From Patescibacteria group bacterium (GTDB taxonomy: Bacteria; Patescibacteriota; Patescibacteriia; UBA9934): DNA of 64,000 nucleotides. This document shows positions 59,590-64,000 of the stretch, one piece after another. The DNA is taken from positions 3,810 to 67,809 of the forward strand of contig JBAYHK010000001.1 of NCBI GenBank assembly GCA_041666145.1, given 5' to 3'. The notes under the pieces were generated by a model that had not been told where the DNA came from, did not search any database, and saw nothing but the letters and a program-made list of their open reading frames with translations. Positions within the stretch are counted from its first letter, which is position 1; each line of letters begins with the position of its first letter. Position numbers and translations under genes: made by a program.

Positions 59590-59783
59590 TGCCAAACGGG
59601 TACGAAATCATCAGCTACGATCCCGGAGGGATCAGCGGCGTCGGTCGAGCCACGATCGAAAACGAAGAGGGCGAAAGGTTTCATACGTTCGTCTCAGAAG
59701 GTGGGTTCTTAGATAATCGCACTCGCGACGAACGAATCGGCGACAATATCGCCGATGGCAAAATACTCTCCGACGACGACTAG
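59590..59783 (+). CDS. Hypothetical small protein
   Basis: SD aggagg then ATG (MPNGYEIISYD...); followed by terminator accggcagccccgcgcttccggtttttt. Confidence 0.35.
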
Positions 59784-59933
59784 TCGTCAGTGCCAACGCC
59801 ATCCTACGGATCGCGTCACTACCGGCAGCCCCGCGCTTCCGGTTTTTTAATTCAAAAACGAGATTTTCCTTTACTTTTTCACGAAAAAGTGCTATTCTTT
59901 ACGCCGTAACTCGCTCCTTCACCTGAGGCAAAA

Positions 59934-60638
59934 ATGCTGAAGATCCCCGCTCATCGCCTCCTTGTCATCGTTTCAGGGCTCATCGCCCTTGTGACGATCA
60001 CCATTACCATCGTCATGAACAATGACGACTCCACCAATAACCAGATCGCACAATCGTGCGCCCTGGTCCGCTCCGTCAACGCTGCTGAATGGTCCCCGAC
60101 CACAGACATTCCGGTGAGACCAAAAATCCCATTGGAAATTCTACTGGCAGAGCCGGAAAAGACGGAGAAAGCCTCTTCGCCCAAAAAGGCTGCAGCTTCG
60201 AAACAGCCAGCAAAATCCGCTCCCAAGAAAACAGCCCAGAAAAAACGGAGCGGCAAAATCCAAGAAGTCTCTTTTTACCGGGCCCGCAAAGAAGAGACAG
60301 ACGATAAGCCCTGCAGTCCAAAAAACGACAAGATCAACATCTGCAATGAGAAGGCCAAGGGAAGAAACGTCTGCGGAACACTCCTGTATCCGCAAGGCAC
60401 AGTTCTCTACGTCGAAGGCTTGGGATTCTGCACCGTGCATGACGTAACGGACAGAAACGATCCTGTTGCGAGCAGACGCGTCGATTGGGTTCTTCCAAAA
60501 AATCTGGAAGATCAAAGCCCCGAAGAGACAGAGGGGCTAAGGATTGGCCACCCAGATCTGATGGTATACGTGATCTCGAAACCTGCGCCAAAGTCGAAAG
60601 CTAAAAAAGCGAAGGCAACAAAGAAACACAAAAAATAA
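59934..60638 (+). CDS. Membrane-anchored RlpA-like double-psi beta-barrel domain protein with Lys-rich tail
   Basis: N-terminal TM; CGTLLYPQGTVLYVEGLGFCTVHDVTDRND...RRVDW resembles the RlpA/3D DPBB pattern; C-terminal KSKAKKAKATKKHKK. Confidence 0.4.
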   Translation: MLKIPAHRLLVIVSGLIALVTITITIVMNNDDSTNNQIAQSCALVRSVNAAEWSPTTDIPVRPKIPLEILLAEPEKTEKASSPKKAAASKQPAKSAPKKTAQKKRSGKIQEVSFYRARKEETDDKPCSPKNDKINICNEKAKGRNVCGTLLYPQGTVLYVEGLGFCTVHDVTDRNDPVASRRVDWVLPKNLEDQSPEETEGLRIGHPDLMVYVISKPAPKSKAKKAKATKKHKK

Positions 60639-60693
60639 CCTTCGCTATACGAAACGCCCGGAACTCTGCAGAGAGTCCCGGGCGTTTATACGT

Positions 60694-61077
60694 TTATGCC
60701 TTGCGAACTTTGAAAGCAACGAGTCCAGATGTCACCACTTCCTCCGGTCGATAGTGCGTCATGAAGTCCTGAATCCAAGCGACTTCAGACATTCCTTCTT
60801 CTGGCGCAACTTCAGACAACGGAACTTTATCGAGTAAACGTTGAATGTCGGAGAATCGTTGTTTCTCTTCCACGACCATTGGCAAACGATCTTCGAGGTC
60901 TGGTCTGCGCATGAAGACGATCTCATCACCAACATTGATCCCCTTTCGCTTTTCGTCGTTAAGTCTTACTTCCCAACACTTTAGTCCCGCTTTTAAGCGA
61001 TCGAAATCTTTTCTATCTAATCGCATTACTATCGAATTGCTCATAAATAGGTTTAAACGTTTACTCGAAAGTGACAA
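60694..61077 (-). CDS. ASCH-domain protein
   Basis: 127 aa; PUA-like ASCH pattern (RLKAGLKCWEVRL...GDEIVFMR). Confidence 0.5.
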   Translation of the reverse strand: MSLSSKRLNLFMSNSIVMRLDRKDFDRLKAGLKCWEVRLNDEKRKGINVGDEIVFMRRPDLEDRLPMVVEEKQRFSDIQRLLDKVPLSEVAPEEGMSEVAWIQDFMTHYRPEEVVTSGLVAFKVRKA

Positions 61078-62129
61078 ATGTCACCGTCTTGCATGACATA
61101 CTCCTTTCCTTCAATCCGCAGCTTACCATTATCTCGAGCGCCAGATTCACCGTTGAACAGAACAAAGTCGTTGTATGAAATAACTTCTGCGCGAATGAAA
61201 TTCTTTTCAAAATCTGTATGAATCACGGCGGCAGCTTGCGGCGCCTTTGTGCCAACATCAATTGTCCAAGCGCGAGTTTCCATTTCTCCGGTGGTAAAGA
61301 ACGTGATCAGATTAAGCAACGAATAACATTCGCGAATGACACGATCGAGTCCAGATTCTTTTAATCCTAAATCTGTCAAAAAAGTTTTGGCATCTTCTGC
61401 TGGTAGCCCCGCAATCTCTGCTTCGATCTTTACCGAGATGGGAATCGCAAGACGCGACGGTCCAAGCGGCGACGTCCAATCCGATTTTGTTGCCTCCGAT
61501 TCATCGACGTTCACAATGTAGAAAATTGGTTTCGTGGTCATCAATGATAATGTTTTTACAAACTCCGCTTCTTCTTCCGTGAATGCAATTCCTCGCGCAA
61601 GTTCACCTCGAACTAATGCAGCCTGTAACTTTTCAAGCGCAGATGCTTGATATGCCAAGTCTGCATTCTTTCCTGCTTTCATTTTATTCTGCACGCCAGC
61701 AACCATTTTTTCAATCGTTGCCAAGTCTGCCATGGCAAGTTCGAGCTCAATCACTTCAACGTCACGAACCGGGTCAACCGTGCCGTCAACATGCACCACA
61801 TTCGGATCTGGAAACGCGCGAACAACATGAACGATCATGTTTGTTTCACGAATGTTCGCTAAAAACTTATTTCCAAGCCCTTCACCCTTGTGCGCCCCCT
61901 TTACCAAGCCCGCAATATCAACAAATTCGATGGCGGTCGGGATACGCTTTCCAGAATTCGACATCTTCATAAGCACATCGATGCGTTCATCTGGAACTTC
62001 TACAACCCCAACATTTGGTTCAATGGTACAAAAAGGAAAGTTCGCACAATCAACCTGTTTCTTTGTCAGCGCAGTAAACAGCGTAGACTTTCCAACATTT
62101 GGCAACCCAACAATTCCAACATTCAGCAT
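61053..62129 (-). CDS. ychF: Ribosome-binding ATPase YchF (Obg-family GTPase)
   Basis: 358 aa; G1 [24 protein letters not shown]-terminal TGS domain. Confidence 0.9.
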   Translation of the reverse strand: MLNVGIVGLPNVGKSTLFTALTKKQVDCANFPFCTIEPNVGVVEVPDERIDVLMKMSNSGKRIPTAIEFVDIAGLVKGAHKGEGLGNKFLANIRETNMIVHVVRAFPDPNVVHVDGTVDPVRDVEVIELELAMADLATIEKMVAGVQNKMKAGKNADLAYQASALEKLQAALVRGELARGIAFTEEEAEFVKTLSLMTTKPIFYIVNVDESEATKSDWTSPLGPSRLAIPISVKIEAEIAGLPAEDAKTFLTDLGLKESGLDRVIRECYSLLNLITFFTTGEMETRAWTIDVGTKAPQAAAVIHTDFEKNFIRAEVISYNDFVLFNGESGARDNGKLRIEGKEYVMQDGDICHFRVNV

Positions 62130-62245
62130 AAAAGACGTTTACAGCCCATTCTACATTTCGATTGACTTTTCGGCAATTTTTCGCTATATTTCTGCCTCCC
62201 CAACGGGAGGAAACGCACAAAAACATTTCACTGAAACTTGAGGCT

Positions 62246-63484
62246 CCAATGCCCACACTCCTCACTCTCGCCCTTTCTCTCGTCATCTCTTTCGCCTTAG
62301 CCACCGAAGCTGCTCCCAAGCTCGAAACGCCAGAAAGCCACATTGTCCAAGTCCGAGAAACTACGGATCCGATCAAGACGAGCACCATCGGCTTGGTGCT
62401 CTCGTGCCAACCAGGCGGACCCAGTGAGCTTGCGAAAAGGATCAGCTATACCGAACCGAGCTTTCAAGCCGAAGGCGAGGCAATGGCCGCGGCCCTTACC
62501 GAACGATCGGACGTAAAAACGCTCGTCGTTATGAAGAATCCGACCGCAGCCGAAGCGAACGAATGGTTCAAGTCCACGGAAAAAGATCTGGACGGGAACA
62601 GACACGAACTCATGTTCTTGGCGATTTCGTGTCCCGGAATCGACGGCGACATTGACGCGGAGCGATTGCTAACTCGAGAAGTCGAAACCATCGATTCAGG
62701 CGGACTCGCATTCGCCGATCTCGTCGCTGGCGTCAACGCCATAGCCGACAGCTCTGTCTGGATTATCGATGCAAGTCGGAACCTCGGCCTCGACACGGCA
62801 ACGCTCGGCCCAACCGCCGACGACCTTGGAAAGCTCGGTGCTAAAGATGCGCTCGGAATCAGCTCCAGTGAGTCTGGAATAAACGGAAATGGTGGGCTCC
62901 TCGGCGCCACAGCCGCAGTCATCAAAGAAAGCGCTGGAAAAAGGCTCACTCTCGACGGCTTCTACTACCGTGGAATCAAACCAAGAGTTGAGCTAGAACT
63001 TTCCACATCAATGGGACGACAGGCCAACGACGCATGGAACGGGAACAAAGAGCGCCTCATCCTTCTCGGCAGCCCGCTCATGGTCACTCCGCCCATCACC
63101 ACTCCGATCGTCGTCAATGTTCCGAACGTCACCGATGCTCCAATCTCCTCCATAGGCGGGGCTCCCACGCCTGGCTCAAAAACGATCAAGCCAAGAGCGT
63201 TCAAGTTCCGACCGAGTCACGGCCTCATCGCCGGCGGCACGATTGCATTGATCGGCAGCGGCGTCTTCGCTGTCGAAGCAACCGGGCATCACGGCACACT
63301 GTCGGACTTCAACGAGTTCGGAGGCGAATCGAACTTCGAGCTCCAACAAGAAGTGAGTGCCTACCGCTCCGACCTCGGTATCGCGATCGGCCTCGGAACG
63401 ATCGGGATCATCGGAATCGGCAGCGGAGTCGCATGGACGATCATGCCGACCAGAAACGGAATCGCAGTCGGAACAACCTGGTAA
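62246..63484 (+). CDS. Hypothetical secreted/surface protein
   Basis: Signal peptide MPTLLTLALSLVISFALA; Gly/Ile-rich hydrophobic C-terminus; start set at the internal Met. Confidence 0.4.
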   Translation, partial: PMPTLLTLALSLVISFALATEAAPKLETPESHIVQVRETTDPIKTSTIGLVLSCQPGGPSELAKRISYTEPSFQAEGEAMAAALTERSDVKTLVVMKNPTAAEANEWFKSTEKDLDGNRHELMFLAISCPGIDGDIDAERLLTREVETIDSGGLAFADLVAGVNAIADSSVWIIDASRNLGLDTATLGPTADDLGKLGAKDALGISSSESGINGNGGLLGATAAVIKESAGKRLTLDGFYYRGIKPRVELELSTSMGRQANDAWNGNKERLILLGSPLMVTPPITTPIVVNVPNVTDAPISSIGGAPTPGSKTIKPRAFKFRPSHGLIAGGTIALIGSGVFAVEATGHHGTLSDFNEFGGESNFELQQEVSAYRSDLGIAIGLGTIGIIGIGSGVAWTIMPTRNGIAVGTTW

Positions 63485-63559
63485 AACACACGACGAAAAA
63501 CGGCCCTAATCTCTGCAAGGAGATCGGGGCCGTTATGCTTTTCTTTTCATCGATGAAGT

Positions 63560-63997
63560 CTATGGCGTTGTTGCGTCTGGAAGTGTAGGGACTTCTGAAC
63601 TTGGCAATGGGTCCGGAAGCACAATCGCTGCAGCTTGACCGGCACGAAGCGCGTCGATCTTTTTCTGAACCGTTTCATTCCCTGGATCAATGCTCATGAT
63701 TGTTTCAAGTTCAAGAAGCGCACCGGTAACATCATTTTCCTCCTCAAGAACTGCGGCAAGATACCAGTGCGCATTTGAAAAGTTTGGAGCAAGTGCAATA
63801 ACGCGATTCAACTCCTGTTTCGCAACATCATTTTTTCCTTGTCGAAGATAGAGAAGCGCGAGCTGAAGCCCTACTCCAACATCGCCTGGTGCACTCGAAC
63901 GAACAAGCTCCATACTTGCAACGGCCTCTGCGAGTTTGCCCTGTCGTTCTTGAACTGACGCAAGATAATAACGAGCCTCTGCGTAATCTGACTTCAA
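63560..63997 (-). CDS. Tetratricopeptide-repeat protein (partial; continues beyond the window)
   Basis: TPR-like 34-aa periodicity (AEARYYLASVQERQGKLAEA...). Confidence 0.55.
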   Translation of the reverse strand: MKSDYAEARYYLASVQERQGKLAEAVASMELVRSSAPGDVGVGLQLALLYLRQGKNDVAKQELNRVIALAPNFSNAHWYLAAVLEEENDVTGALLELETIMSIDPGNETVQKKIDALRAGQAAAIVLPDPLPSSEVPTLPDATTP

Positions 63998-64000
63998 GAT

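Overview
The window reads as a ~50% GC, gene-dense bacterial chromosome segment with a reduced gene set, small proteins and a 16S rRNA gene not linked to a 23S gene; this resembles a CPR/Patescibacteria-like lineage, but that attribution is inference. Recognisable housekeeping content includes hsp20, vanW-like, clpP, a complete minus-strand suf operon (sufB-sufD-sufS-sufU-sufC), rnhB, a tRNA-Pro/Ile/Phe cluster, 16S rRNA (minus), trmD, a KH protein, rpsP, smc, nrnA, tRNA-Gly, cca, ruvC, rpoC, rpoB, recA, a RodZ-like HTH protein, ftsK, efp-epmA, rpsR-ssb-rpsF, a Ser/Thr kinase, HTH-Fic, ychF and several methyltransferases. Four things stand out. (1) A tandem array of eight same-strand cassettes at 17.2-24.4 kb; each has a near-identical ~80-nt leader, a paralogous ORF of an unrecognised protein family (five long ~280-300 aa, three short ~145-160 aa) and a near-identical intrinsic terminator. 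(2) Several families of small palindromic repeats; two GC-rich hairpin families sit in frame inside essential genes (sufS, rnhB, smc, cca, a methyltransferase, PEP-utilising enzymes) and add short peptides without breaking the ORFs, in the manner of Rickettsia palindromic elements. (3) A 9-bp symmetric tandem repeat confined to the suf operon, also in frame. (4) A 27-bp palindrome present four times, a 70-bp direct repeat bracketing a 2.5-kb segment of mixed composition next to tRNA-Gly, and a structured 278-bp intergenic region that may be an unclassified ncRNA. All calls rest on reading the provided translations and DNA; no database search was possible.
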